A stretch of 64,000 nt of DNA from Podarcis muralis (taxonomy: Eukaryota): NCBI RefSeq assembly GCF_964188315.1, contig NC_135659.1:42160001-42224000 (forward strand), in the 5' to 3' direction. The translations under genes and the position numbers were made by a program. The notes under the pieces are model-generated. The model was not told the DNA's origin and ran no database searches. It worked only from the letters and a program-made list of their open reading frames with translations. How positions within the stretch are numbered: position 1 is the first letter of the stretch; each line of letters starts with the position of its first letter. Shown in pieces: positions 1-13,771 of the stretch.

Positions 1-1390
1 TAAAAGTCCAAGTCTACCTGCATTTAAGTGCCTGGTGTTCTGCGCAGAGTTTCTGTCCCCCTTCGCAAACTCCTTGAATAATCCTTTCTGCCACAAAATT
101 GCTGGCTGTGGGCCTTTGTGGCATTGAATCTGGCCTGGGCCCCTTCTCTGACGCCGGCACCAACGCGGCTGCCTCTCCTCATACCCTCAGCAGAACAGAG
201 GCAGAAGCCAAATACAACGGGCTTCCTAGCCTAGGCAGAAGGCCAAAACCAAAGCCCACAATCCCTGAGGGTAAAGGGCAGAGCAGGCCAAGGAGGCGAG
301 AGAGAGGCCATTTTGGATGTGTCAGGCGACAGGCAGCCTCACGGCACTGAAGTAGGCCAGAAAAGCCTGGAAATATATCACAGAAGGTTATTTTGTCCTC
401 AGATATGTAATCATTAGAATCAGCCCAGCTTCCCAGGCTCACTTTTGAAGCATCCCTGGTACAGAGGTGACCTGTTCCATTGCTGAGCGGTGGTGTGGGT
501 GTTTCAATGTCTGGGGTTTCGAAGGGTGTGTGTTGTCGGGTGTTTGGGTATTTGTGGCATGAGGTGCGGTTGTGGGTTTACAGGAAGGGATACATGCATG
601 GTTGTGGTCCCCCTCTAGGGCTTGGACTACTGGAAAGGTTTAACACCTGGCCTGTGCCTCGCAGAGATGCTTTGCTGCAGTTACTATTTCTCAACATGGC
701 CCACCCCACAGGGTTGTTGTGATATTAAATACTGGAAGAGAAGCACCACTGTTCCTCTCCCCAGGCAAACTTCTTCTAGGGTGTGTTTTTTAGACCGGGG
801 TGCTGTGTTTGTGAGGGGTGTGTGGGACTTGCTCAGGCTTCTATAATGCACAGCCACATACTGTATATATTTTTGTTATACATATATAAACACAAGGCTA
901 TGTTGACCCAATACGGAAGTACTTAATTTTTTTTAAAGTGATTTAAATGCCACACAGTCATTGGTATCATACAAATAATTGAAGATGTGTTCCTCAGTAC
1001 CAGCCCCTGCTGCTGCCTTTGCTCCAAAATGCTTTGGAGGGATATGCAGAAGTTTTGAAGGCATTTATCCTACTTTGCTTCATACTGTCCCTTGGCAAGG
1101 AGTTCCACAGGTAGCTGTAAGCATGAAAAAGCAACCATTAAATTTGCTTGTTTTAATTCATGTCCCATTAATTTTTTAAGTCCATCCCCATTCCATGTGT
1201 GTGATACAAAGGGAGTATGTGTATGTTGTGTGTTTCCCTTTTGCTACAGATGCAAAATTGAAATTAAAACCATGTTACTATACAGGCTAGCCATAATGTA
1301 CTCTGTTGTTGATAACATTAATGAAGCACCACAATGTGATAATACATAGCATTGAAGGGGGAGGGAGGGGTTACTGGTTTGTAGGGTTTT

Positions 1391-1470
1391 TTGTTCTTGT
1401 TTTTATCATGTATTTTGTGCTTTTATGTTGCATTTTTATGTTGTGAACCTCCCGGATATCTGCGGATTGA

Positions 1471-1514
<44 letters not shown>
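1391..1514 (+). mobile_element. L2-like LINE 3' tail remnant ending in a (GAAA)n microsatellite
   Basis: T-rich 3'UTR-like text (tttatgttgtgaacctcccgg...) runs into a perfect (GAAA)n at about 1469-1514. Confidence 0.45.
1469..1514. repeat. (GAAA)n microsatellite
   Basis: Directly visible, about 11 units. Confidence 0.97.
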
Positions 1515-2918
1515 ATAATTACTATCCCATTTTGTCTCACTGGTGCTTTAACTTCAGATATTTTGACTACGCAGGAAACAAGGAGCCTTTGTATGTTTTT
1601 TCTTCCAAAAGCACTAAGAATGCTTGCAATATACTTTCAGAAGGGAAAAAAGAATGCAACTCCAAATATCTTGTCATTTTTTTCTTTCAAAGTAGAGATT
1701 GTACATCCATGGGAAAGAATACTTTTGCAACCATCAAACACCTTCGGAACACACAAAAAACCCATCTGTGAGTTTGAAAATGTTAGCTAAATATAACGAC
1801 TCAAATATAGGCTCCCCCACCCTTCTATAAAATTTTGTCTGTGTCCAGAGTAAAGTATGAACTCTGTTCTGAATGTCATTATAGAAGAAAACTGTGGTTA
1901 AGCTATTCATTTTAAATATAATTGAATTGCTTGGGCACATTAAAATGTTGAAATGTTTTAAGCAGAGGTAGGAGAAATAATTTAACGATGTTCTCTTTCA
2001 GATAGTTAATTAGCCTGCCATGTATGAAAGTGTAACAAGAACACCACCTACTGTAAAAGGGAATGTTCTACACTCAGGATGCTAATTTATTCATGTCTGC
2101 ACAAAGAGGGAAGACCGAGACTGTTAACCCTTGTCTGCCAGAGACTTTTGGATACTCTCTAAAGTGAATATCACTGAAGACTCCTGCAAAGTTTATTTCC
2201 TAGACATCATGATGAGAGCAGAATAACAAGTGTAGATATCAGAACAGCAGAATAACATATGATATGTTTAAAATTAATATGGACTGATTTGTGAAGTGGC
2301 AATAATTTACATTCCAAATAAATCTTAAAGCATCTATGAGTATTTGCTTGGAAGTAAGCCCCATGCAGTTTTCTCATGTAAATATATATTGAACTGTAGC
2401 TTCAGTTGGTATTGTTACAGAAACCAACATGATAATCAAATGATACAAAGGTACAGAAAATAATCTCTCTCATTTTTACTGACAACTGTCTTCACTACAG
2501 TACTTGTTATTAAAGGTAACTTTTATCAGCACGTCTAAATCAGGGATGAGGAATCTTTGGCCACCCAAGTACTATTGGGCTCCAAATGTCATCAACCTAG
2601 TCAGTGTGGTCAGTTGTCAGGTGACAACTGGGGGGGGGGCACAGATTTGCCATACAGCACACAAAAAATATATTTCTCCCTTGTTTTCAGGAGACCAGCA
2701 TTGGAATGAAATGAAATTATGAAACTGTACAGACATTATTTTTTGTTTGAAAGTCAACACTGAGGGGCACCTAAAACAAGTACATTTCAAGTTGAAGTAA
2801 GGAAATAAAATAAATCAATAAGGAAATAAAAGCTTTCCAGACTCAGCACTTTACATTTCATATTCTGCATCCCCTTAAAGTAGGGATCCTGCTGAATTTT
2901 GGAATATGGGAGTGGGTA

Positions 2919-3274
2919 AAGGTAAAGGTACCCCTGCCCGTACAGGCCAGTCTTGCCAGACTCTAGGGTTGTGCGCTCATCTCACTCTATAGGCTGGGAG
3001 CCAGCGCTGTCCGCAGACACTTCCGGGTCATGTGGCCAGTGTGACAAGCTGCATCTGGTGAGCCAGCGCAGCACACGGAACGCCGTTTACCTTCCCACTG
3101 GTAAGTGGTCCCTATTTATCTACTTGCACCCGGGGGTGCTTTCGAACTGCTAGGTTGGCAGGCGCTGGGACCGAACGATGGGAGCACACCCCGCCGCGGG
3201 GATTCGAACCGCTGACCATGCGATCGGCAAGTCCTAGGCGCTGAGGTTTTACCCACAGCGCCACCCACTTCCCT
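2919..3274 (-). mobile_element. Sauria SINE (lacertid type), full length
   Basis: On the minus strand: a tRNA-like head (GGTGGCGCTGTGG...GGTTCGAATCC), the body CTAGCAGTTCGAAAGCAC...AGTAGATAAATAGG, and an (ACCTTT)n tail. 12-bp TSD TGGGAGTGGGTA at 2907-2918 and 3275-3286. Confidence 0.92.
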
Positions 3275-4021
3275 TGGGAGTGGGTAGGTTTGGATATAAA
3301 CATTCCTGTTTGTAAAAGCCACACCCATAACAACCTGAGACAACTTTCAACTGGAAGTCATTTCTGGACCCTGGTTTTACTCATCTGCCCTCTTCCCCAA
3401 ATTTAGGACCCAAACTGGAAGTTATGATATTAATGAAATTAGTAGCAGCCATAAGCAGCTACTGATCTGCATCAGAATTGTGGCATAGGGTAAGGGAGCT
3501 GTAATCCTTCCCCTCTGTGGTCCCATTATGGATTGTTATGGCAAATAAATGCTATTTAAAATGTTATAGTAGAGAACTGTAGAACTGCCACCCCACACAC
3601 AGTGCTTCACTCTGAGGAAGCACCCTTTCTCAGACTAAAAGCACTGGCAACCTTGAGGAATCCACCTGCAGTAATGCCACTTAGCATTTTTAGGGTTTAG
3701 GCAGCAGCTGCTGTTCTGTCCCAAATGGGGATTGTTTTATTTGTTATATTGCCCCTGCTCTCTGCATTTAGAACTGTTTTCTTTTCCCATTGTCAATCAA
3801 CTGATCAAGCCTTATTATCATGCATTGATCAGCTATTCCTATGTAGAATATCCAATACTGCAGACGAAGAAAAGTCTTGTTCTGTCCTGCTCTCTGCCAC
3901 TCTGAGTTGCAGCCTGGAGGGCCTGGTCTTTTGTTATCTTTTTACCTCTTCCATACCACCATTTTTATCCTAGTCAGTTACTTCCTATTCATTCCGTTTT
4001 TTAAGCTTCTAAAGCTAAGTA

Positions 4022-4262
4022 CCGTGGTACCTTGATTCTCAAACATAATCCATTTCAGAAAACCGTTTGAGTTCCGAAATGTTCAAAAACTGAGGTACCA
4101 AGGGCTGTCTACAAATTCAATTGAGAAAATTGAAAAACACCCAGTGGAAGTTGTTCGACTTTCGAGGCACGTTCGAAAACGGAAGCATTTACTTCTGGGT
4201 TTTTGGCATTCGGGTTCTGAAACGTTTGTCAGCGGAGACGTTCGAGAACTGAGGTACCACTG
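4022..4262. mobile_element. Tc1/mariner (Tigger-like) MITE, variant subfamily
   Basis: TIRs C(C)GTGGTACC...GGTACCACTG flanked by TA on both sides. Confidence 0.75.
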
Positions 4263-4487
4263 TATTTGGTAATCTGCATTTGTAATTTGTATGCAAATTT
4301 GAAGTTGTGTTCAATTTACCAATAAAGTTGAAGACTGATTTCCTTGAAAGTGTGGCTTGGATGGAAGTTTAGTTGACACATATTAATGTGCCCTGAAGCT
4401 GGAACAATGGCTAGGCCTGAAGGAGAAGGGGTTTGTGTGCTAGTGGTGGTGGCAGGCAACCATTTGTGAGTGGCCAGAGGCAGTGGC

Positions 4488-4705
4488 CAGGGTCAGCCTA
4501 ACATATTTTGCTGCCTGAGGCACAGGGCAAGTTTCAGATACCAAAGATGATTGGACTGGGAGTTGAATTTTACTTTGACACTAGTGATGGGACATTGTCC
4601 TCCTGAGGGCAGCAAACTAGCCTAGTGGGTACAGGCAGGGGTCATTCCAAAACCATTCATCACACTCTGCTGCCTCACTCTGTTTAATGTTAGGGCTTGG
4701 CCTTG
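4488..4705. mobile_element. Degenerate hAT-type MITE
   Basis: Ends CAGGGTCAGCCTAA and TTAGGGCTTGGCCTTG resemble CAGGGCCGGCCCT-type TIRs, with internal GCTGCCTGAGGC/GCTGCCTCACTCTG. A similar right end occurs at about 14300-14337. The TSD is not clean. Confidence 0.5.
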
Positions 4706-6219
4706 CAGCAGCAGACAGTCCAGGGATACTCATCTGCCACCCCTCATGATCTGCCACCTGAGCCAAAGGTCAAAGATATTGCCTAATGGGAGAACTGGCA
4801 CTGTTTACTCTAAATATAATAGTATCCAAAATTAGGAATGTTGTACAAGTTTGGAACTGTGAGAATATAAATTCATATTTTTCAAAGCAAACAGGATTTA
4901 ATAGGATTTACTTTAAAAACAAATCCCGCAATGAGAGATTTCATTCAGGCCAAATGTTGATTTTTCCAAAATAAAGAACTTAATCTTTATAAAAATGATA
5001 ATCTGTGATCAAAGGCACCTATGCCCTTCAGACAAATTCCACTAGGTCTCATTTGTGATGGAATAAAATGTTACTGAATCAAGCACACCTAACCAATTAA
5101 ATTAGAAAATGTTAGTTGATTTGCTGTTTTGTTTATCTAGTTTTATCCATTATATAGCAAGAATATGCATATTATTTTGTTGGTATTTTTATACATATTA
5201 TTTTGTATAAATAGATTCATGCATGAACTGTAGTGGATTAATATTGTTAACCAGCCACTTTAACACAGATGTAGTTGATCTTTACCATCAAAGGGCAGAA
5301 TGGGAGTGAAAATGGTTAGCAAGCAACCGAAAGTTGATTATCACAATTCTAGTCCTAAGAGTAGACCCATCAACATTACTAGACATTGCTAACTTGGGTA
5401 CATTAATGTCAATGGGTCTACTCTGAGTAGCAGTGGATACAACCCAAAATGTATAAAGTGCTCTCTTATACTAGGTATTGTTCTTTCAATATATATGATG
5501 CCATTTAAAGACTTCAACTGTCTGTGAAAGGTTGATTACTTTCAGCTCTTGCTCTTTAAATCCCATAGCATTTGGCATGTAAATTTCCCTTAGGGGCAAA
5601 TCTATAGCTTGGACAGTAGGCTTGGGTCATGTTGTGCAACGGTAAGAGATTCTGGTTGATACACAAAGAACAATTAGGAGTTGAGATACATTGCAAAATC
5701 AGAGACCAATAGGTTGTAAGTCAAAGTGGCCAGGGGATTATAAATAACTTTTGTGGTTACTATCAAGATTGGATAAGAAACAAAGTATCAGCTCCTGTTA
5801 GCCATGGATGAGGAACTGAGCCCTGGGATTTGCTCGTTAGTGGGACCTCAGAGTGCGAAACTTGTTGCTAGATATATGCAGAGTGCTTTTGCTGAAGAAA
5901 TAACTTCTGAACAATTCAGGGAACTTACGAGAGTTGGACAACTATGCACTGAAGATCTGGTTCTTTTAGATATATATCAAGCAAGCACTAAGGAACTCTA
6001 CAATAACTCCTTCATACTCAGTAGAGGGCAGATCTACTTTACAAAAATAATTCTGTTTCATACCAGTTCTACTGTCATTATTGAAAGAATCCTGGGAATT
6101 GCAATTTGGAAACAGTGCAGCAATTTCTCTGTTAGAGACCTTCACACCGTTACAGTTTGCATCGTTCCCTGAAGGCAGACAGTAGTTACTGTATCCTGAC
6201 ATGCACATTTAGCATCCTC

Positions 6220-6775
6220 TGTCACTTGCACACCTGGCTGGTATGTGGAAGGGCTTTACATGCCTACCAATGTATGTGTGTGAACTTCTCCATGTGAAGG
6301 AGACCACGCAGGCAAAACATGGATCGCAAAGGGACATATTCTCTGCCCTGACAACAAATGTCTCTTGAATGCAGCAAATCGGTTCCGCTTCTGAGTGGGA
6401 CCTGGTTGTGCTCAGGCCTCCAGGCATGGAGCGGGATAGCATCCCGCATAACGCTGAGGGTGACTCAGCCACAGCATTTGCCAGGTGGCCAATCAGGGCG
6501 CCGGGGGGGCGTGGCTGGGCCAATTTAAACCACTCTGGCTGCTCGAATCAATCCGCAACGGCGGGGCTCCCCCTACTGGTGGTTTACCCTTCCAGACTTC
6601 CTGCAAGGTGGGCAAGAGTCAGATATAGTCTGTTGAAGCCAATGCCTAAGCCAATACCGCTCACATTCTGTAACCAATAAAGTTGTGGCCTAAATTTTGC
6701 CTATTAACACTAACCTAAATTCTCTGTCCTTGACTCTTTATTTTCCCTGGGGTGGCTTGGGGGTCTTGAAGTGCA
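6220..6775 (+). mobile_element. Probable solo LTR (family unassigned)
   Basis: Begins TGTCA. It has a CpG-retaining core with CCAAT (6489, 6520), a GC box GGGGCGTGGC (about 6506), TTTAAA (6524) and AATAAA (6676), in U3-R-U5 order. I could not find a TSD, so the ends are approximate. Confidence 0.55.
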
Positions 6776-9700
6776 AATAAATGTGCATAGAATGTATGCC
6801 TTGCTTCATCTAGTGTTGCTTTGATCAGTGAGTTAGCTGAGCATGAATTCTCGGCAGATGCCCAATGGTACTGTAGTCATGCATGGAATGCCCACCTAAC
6901 ATGGGATATCCAGACTAGTATGATAACTTGTAAAGTCATGGAGCTGGGTTTGATATGTGTTAGTTGGTGAACATCTTAAACTCTGGGCCGATATTGTTGA
7001 TTCTCTAGAATTGTATTAATGCACCACTAAATTATCAGGCCAGGGAAAGGTCTGCACACTTCCTTGAGATAAACCCACCTGAACGAAACACAGCTTAATT
7101 TCTGACTAGATATGCATAGGCCTACACAATCCGCCAGCCCTATCCAGCGCCTGGAATAAAATTTGAAACTAGTGGCTAATTTCTATTCAGAAATAAATAT
7201 CTCCTACAGTAAGCTCTTGTCCTATTCTAACTTGCCAGACGTCCTGATTAGACTTGCTTGAGAATGTAAGTCCTTGACTGGCTTGCTTTATCTCTGAGAC
7301 CTTCCTTGCTTATCTTCCTTATTCCAGTGTCCTCCTCAATCCTCTGCATAATTGGATTAGCTCTGGAAATTGCTGCAAACAGTTGTGCGTCATCTCAACA
7401 GATGCTAATCTGATCACTTACCTTGGGGTAGCCTCTCAACTTGGTGTTAATATGAAATGCTTCTACAGTGAAGTAATCTGTAAATATATGCTCTGAGTTC
7501 AGCATGGAGTTAATTCAGTTTTTTAAATATAAAAGAGAGAGAGAGAAATTTTAATTTGTACAATCATAATTTCTCTTATCCCCTTCTCAATCACTGATGT
7601 TCCATGATTAAATAATCTGTATTTAATAATTTATTTATTATTCATTGTTGCTATTTTATATACCGCACTTCCAGTCATGTTCTCAGACTGGTTATTTCAA
7701 GTAACAGTTGTGACAGTTCTGTTTTCATTGGCTCAAACTGAGCTCAGGACTCCTTGCACTCTGTATTGCTGAGGTTATTAAAGTTATGTACCAGTGCAAT
7801 TACCCTCCCAGCCCCAGTTTAAAGCAGAAACAAGCCAGGAAAAATAATACAACAAAGAAGAAGGAATAAAATACCAGCACCTCTGGAAAACGCGTGCTTC
7901 CCCCCAACACCCCCGGGTTTGTTTTTGTTTTTACTTCATTTTTGTTTTAAGATGACAGAGCTTTTCCTGCCGGTTGGGAGCCCATTCTCACTTTTACAAC
8001 GATATGGCAGCGCTGACAGGCAGAGTAGCCTTCCTGATTAAAGCAAGCCCCTAATACACAGAGTCTTGTGCTGTCAAATGCACATGCATTATTGCACAGG
8101 GGGCCAGCCATACTTCAGCCATGATGATAGAGTGGGCAGCGCTGTGTCAGATCAATTATGTACAAGGCCCATCTTCTCTATGATTCCCTCAATTTTTCCT
8201 CCTGACACTTCACCTTGGGCTCAACCTTCTGTTCTCACGGAGACAAACCTGCAGACAATAGTAAACCTAAGACAGTTCTCTCCACACCCCCCCCCCCATC
8301 CTCACAGGAACATGACACAGAGTAACCCTTTCCTGTCATACTTTCTCATGACTTTTCAGACAAATGTGGTTTCCTTGCTTTAGATGATTTGTGTAAAGGT
8401 TTGTAATGGACCGCAAGAAAAATGGCAAGTGTTCTCTTGTCTATTTGTTCACCAGCTCTGCATACGTGCCCATATGCTTGCATACTTCCTTCAACATATA
8501 CGTGTAACAGAGATAACTAGTTTAATAAAAAAATAAATTATATTGCCCTTCAGTTCAAAACTTCCATACAGTAAGTAGTTTGTTATCTTTTACAGTAAGT
8601 TGATCAGCCCATTCCACATTCCAGTTACTCTGACCACCATTTAGAAATTACCACTGGGAAATTTATGGTGCAGTCCTATGCTTCTTTATTTATAAGAAAG
8701 TCCCACAATGTTCAACAGGGCATATTCAGGTAAGTGTATTTCAGACAGGTAGCACAAACTAGTATCCAGTTGTCGGGGAGAAAACTGTAGCTTGATGGTG
8801 GGAAAGAACACTTAATTTGTAGTCTGCTATCCACTCAGGACACATCTACACCGTATTTTTATATATAACAAGGTTTAACAGTCATTCCCATTTACTGTGT
8901 GGTTGTGGTGGGAATGTTTGTTCATGGAAAATATCACCTCCTCTTTTTTTATCAGGAACTCACAACGATTTACAGCTCCCCTATGAAATAACCAAAAGGA
9001 GGCACTTTTTGCAACTGCAAAGGTTTTAGAAAAAAATAATTCCCTTCTGGATCACCTCTATTTTTATCTCTCTCACATTGTTATGTGACACCACCCAGAT
9101 TTCTGCATTACTCTGTTTTGATTGCACCTAAATTTGATTGTACCTAAAACATCCATTTATACATAAATGGTTTCAACGGATAAAATAACAATACGCATAG
9201 AAGCCTTCTTATGGTAGGTGGAAAGGTTTCACCAAAAGCCAATTTTTAAAAGAAGGGTTAAGATCCGCAATTCTAAATGGTCTCAATATTCGCAATGTAA
9301 ACCATTTGTTGTTTGAATGTTCACTTTTGGAAATGAGCCTCAAACCCTGATGTCTTATTATTATTGTAACCCTTATTCAAGAGCTGTTCCCTTATTCAAG
9401 AGCTGAGGTAAACTCAGCACCATTTTTGTTTCTTTAAATCAGGGCTTCTCTTTCTGGTTGTGTGACTTCAGGTAACTGGGGATTGTGTAGCTACAGTATC
9501 ATTAATTCATCATGTAGCTAATCTGACTTAACTGTGTGTGCCAACTGCACTAAACCCATTCCAAGGTGGAACTAAGGCTCCCTCGTTTTTGCTCTTGTTC
9601 ACAGCCCCCTTGAAAACCCACTGAAAAGAAAGCACTTTCACAGAAACCCTCTCCCACTTTTGATACTGAATCCTTGGATACGAACCAACTTGATACAGCT

Positions 9701-10250
9701 AAACTAGTTTAAGAATGTAATTTTAGTCAGCTTCATGGTTAGGCTGCCTGAGTTCTTTGAAAGCAACGTCAACATTTTCATGGTTTGTTGTATACGGATA
9801 ATATATGGGAAGGCTAGCTGGTAAGTAAAGCTTAGCCCACAAGAAAATTACTTGGGCAGTAGTACATAGTGCAATTAAATGGCATACCATGCTTTTTCCT
9901 AGCGCTTTGCTGTTAATCAGACTTCTGCAGAACGCTTTAAAATCTCATGTGATGTGTTAGATCACATTTGCTAAGATGCAGGAAGCAGATTGAACAATCA
10001 TATAATACTCACTTTACTTTTTCAGAGAGAAGCATCAGCATATTTGGGGGGTTTATGCAGAGTTCACCAGCTTTACAATGACACCTATTGGAGTAGTGCT
10101 CATATAATAACTCTAAAAATGCAAAGCTGCACCTATAAAAAAGTGCAAAGAGAAGGGGCCAAATCCCCCCACCCCTTAATACCTGTACATTTAGCAATTC
10201 TATTGTGTTAGGAATTCAGTTTGAAAGATATTTAGGAATTGGAAGAAAAT

Positions 10251-10398
10251 NNNNNNNNNNNNNNNNNNNNNNNNNNNNNNNNNNNNNNNNNNNNNNNNNN
10301 NNNNNNNNNNNNNNNNNNNNNNNNNNNNNNNNNNNNNNNNNNNNNNNNNNNNNNNNNNNNNNNNNNNNNNNNNNNNNNNNNNNNNNNNNNNNNNNNNN
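10251..10398. other. Assembly gap (N run); further gaps at 13401-13548, 13772-13991, 40408-40545, 52582-52713 and 56693-56852
   Basis: Runs of N. Confidence 0.99.
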
Positions 10399-10989
10399 TA
10401 GTTAATAGTAGCATTATTATTAAGCATACCAAAAGAGTGGGGTTGCAATAACTATGAACAGCCACAATTTGAAGGCAGAGGCAAACCAACAACCTAGTAA
10501 TTGTGTAGGCTAGATTAAAGACTGAGCAATATGTATTCAACCAGAAATTATAATGACTGTTGAATGAAGAAGCTCGATAGAATACAGAAGTATCATTTTT
10601 TGAGTAACAACTCATGTTCTATTCTAGTCTTTTACTTAAGATTTGCAAACAAACAAACCCGTCAGAGTTTGTGGCTTTTCTTTATAATCTTCTCTACCTC
10701 AAGCAAGGTGTTATCCATAGAATTTAGAGACTTTATTTTAAAAAGACAGGGCATGGATAAAATGAGTTTTCCTTTAACTTAAAAACAACCAGCATACAAG
10801 CCCATACAAAGAATACTTTAAGTAAGCAGGGAATAAAATCATCAGGAAGACTCAAAGCCATGCACTAAAAACCAGCAGCAGAAATAAATGGTCAAAAATA
10901 TTATATAGCAAAATACAAGTTGTTAAATTTAAAATATTATATTAGTAACTCTTGGCATAGGCTCTTTATATACAACTTATACACAACTA

Positions 10990-11371
10990 GGGACATGGGT
11001 GGCACAGTCGTCTAAACTACTAAGCCTCTTCGGCTTGGCCATTGGAAGATCAGCAGTTCAAATCTGCACAATGGGGTGAGCTCCCATTGCTCTGTCCCAG
11101 CTTCTGCCAACCTAGCAGTTTGAAAGCATGCCAGTGCAAGTAGATAAATAGGTACCACTGCGGCAGGAAGGTAAACGGCATTTCCGTGAGCTCTGGCTTC
11201 CATCACAGTGTTTCATTGCACCAGAAGCAGTTTAGTCATCTTGGCCACATGACTCAGAAAGCTGTCTGTGGACAAAAGCCAGCTTCCTCGGCCTGAAAAG
11301 CGAAATGAGTTCCACACCCCATAGTCACCTTTGACTGGACTTAAACGTCCAGGGGTCCTTTACCTTTCCCT
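10990..11371 (+). mobile_element. Sauria SINE, full length, older copy
   Basis: GGGACATGGGTGGC head, CTAGCAGTTTGAAAGCA...AGTAGATAAATAGGTACC body and CCTTTACCTTT tail. 10-bp TSD TACACAACTA at 10980-10989 and 11372-11381. Confidence 0.9.
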
Positions 11372-13548
11372 TACACAACTATCATATAGCAATCTAAATT
11401 TCAGAGACTATATCCTATGAAGAAGATTTGGGGGAAAGGAATAAACAGAATTCCCTTCTGTGATAAGAGAATCTCAAAAATAGGTTAGCACATTCTTTTG
11501 TGTAAGAGCAGATAGCAGCATTGACTGTAGCAACCCTGTGCTAGGCTTTCAAAGTGCTTGAGTGTATTGTTAATTCACTTGTAAAGTGAATTTCTTCACT
11601 ACTAGATAGTACATCACACCATCTTAAGCATTTTCCCACTTGTAACTCAACATATGTACTTTATGTCATCAAATGCCCATGTGGCAAATTATATGTAGGC
11701 AGAACAAGCAGAGCTTTCAAGAACAGAATGGATTTCTTTCTTTCTTTTACAAGATGCCCCTACCCCCATAAATATTCCATTTTGCGCTGGTAGATGGGTA
11801 TAGAAAAAAAAAGTTAAAACCAATCTAATAGCATAACTCAAATGCTTCCCAAATCCTTAAATTTGTATCAATAAACAGAGGGGGAAATGCTTCACCTGTG
11901 GTCAAAGTAAGAACCTTTCCAATATTTTAGGCTTAAGGCAATTTTATATTTTCATGAAAGTACCTACACACACATAATGGAATAAAAAAATCACACTTAA
12001 AAATGCATAATAGTATGCAAAGAGAATGTCACCAATCCAGCTGTAGTATGTCAACTGCTGTGTGTAGCAACTGATAGCCCAGGATATAGTTATGCACCCA
12101 GAAAAAGGTAGACTCATCTAAAACCTCTAGTGTTGGACCTTTGGGACCTGAGCAATCTTTGTTACACAAGACTTGTCATCATTCCCTTGGTCTTCAGTTG
12201 GTGGAGCAGGAGAAGACCTGCTGCTGGTCCATAGCCTAACTAGGGTGGGTCACAACAGCATTACCACCAAAGATATGGCAAAATGAAAAAGTGCATCTCC
12301 AAATGCATGTCTGGAAAAAAGGTGTCTCCCACTTTTGAAAAGGCTGACCACTAGAGATCCATCCATGAGTTACATTTCTAGATGGAGGGAGTTGGAGGAA
12401 AGACCATCTTGGTATGTGTGTTTTGGGAATGGAAGGATAACACAGGCAATTCTTCTATATATCTCCCAGACCAGCTGAGAGTTTATTTAAGCTAAAGAAG
12501 CCAGGCTGCAATCTTCCCTTCCAATATCTTTCTGCTCTGAGAACTTTGCACACTCCTAACAGGCAATTGATTGTGCGGAAATAATAAAACTCAAGACAAA
12601 AATTTGGGAACAGAACAATGTTTTTTTAATCCACTATACTTCAATGATTTCAACAGGCAACCCTCATTTGCAGCTAAGGCCTACTTTTTAGTACTTGTCT
12701 GTTAGCTCCTTATTGGAATAAGAGGCACAATGGCCCATGACTGGATAGGTTAGCATTTTTATTTCCTTTCTGCTTTCTCTAATGAAAATCACATGCGTCT
12801 AGTAAATCTTGCCTTTCTTCTTATTAAACCAGTCAGTGTTCATTATTGAGGTCTGGGCCTAGCTGGGCGGGAATCAATAAGATGATCCTTTTAATCACTT
12901 TACTAATCAACAAGCTATTTCTTATTTCACTTTCTCTGCAGCAGTCACTGAAATAAAAAGATTTATCTGCCTCTCTCTACATATAAATCATGTAGATTTG
13001 TCCTCATAAACATGTGTGCGCAGGCAAGCTTATGGATACATATTTGCCTACACACAAGGTTTTAACTAGTTTATACAGTAATGCACTTGGAGATTCTGAA
13101 AGTGAAATGAGCTACCTGTATAAATGAACACACACACACACACTTGTTCCCTTTAACACAATGTAGTTTTGCATATCACAAATTCAGTTTCCTCAGACAG
13201 AAAAAAATGAAAGTGACTGGGGCTAAGTATGCATACTTTAAATTCAATAAAGAGGTGACAGCATAGAAGGAGGCAGCAGGCAGGCGCTTAAATGCTATAT
13301 GTATTATTATTTTTTGCAGAGCAATCATAATAATTTGTCATCATTCATTCTTGGCCCAAGTTATTGAATTTCAGAAAACCTGGCTCCTTAGCCAACCTGG
13401 NNNNNNNNNNNNNNNNNNNNNNNNNNNNNNNNNNNNNNNNNNNNNNNNNNNNNNNNNNNNNNNNNNNNNNNNNNNNNNNNNNNNNNNNNNNNNNNNNNNN
13501 NNNNNNNNNNNNNNNNNNNNNNNNNNNNNNNNNNNNNNNNNNNNNNNN

Positions 13549-13771
13549 CCTGCTCCTGCCCACCTAGCAGTTTGAAAGCACATCAAAGTACAAGTAGATA
13601 AATAGGCACCACTCCAGTGGAAAGGTAATCGGCGTTTCCGTGCGCTGCTTTGGTTCGCCAGACGCAGCTTAGTCATGCTGGTCACATGACCCGGAAGCTG
13701 TACGCCGGCTCCCTCGGCTTATAGAGCGAGATGAGTGCCGCTACCCCAGAGTTGTTCACGACTGGACCTAA
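13549..13771 (+). mobile_element. Sauria SINE, partial (bounded by assembly gaps)
   Basis: Body is collinear with the copies at 2919 and 10990 (CTAGCAGTTTGAAAGCAC, GTAGATAAATAGG, CACATGACCCGGAAG, ACGACTGGACCTA). Confidence 0.88.

Noticed and set aside
99-442. GC-richer ORFs on both strands at the window start, with a minus-strand acceptor-like atatttccag
   Set aside because: No recognisable protein in any frame and no matching donor or neighbouring exons.
3150-3274. tRNA-like A/B boxes here and at 10990, 44530, 57877 and 59756
   Set aside because: These are SINE heads continuous with SINE bodies; no complete cloverleaf, so not tRNA genes.
5804-6172. 122-aa ATG ORF (MDEELSPG...)
   Set aside because: No domain motif or splice support. 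It could be chance or decayed retroelement sequence next to the LTR-like element.
6814-7400. TGTTG...CAACA-bounded segment resembling a second solo LTR
   Set aside because: The flanks give no TSD and there is no clear promoter/poly(A) order; 5-bp inverted ends can arise by chance.
9370-9405. 17-bp direct repeat CCCTTATTCAAGAGCTG x2
   Set aside because: Only two units with a 2-bp spacer. This is a local slippage duplication, not an array or CRISPR.
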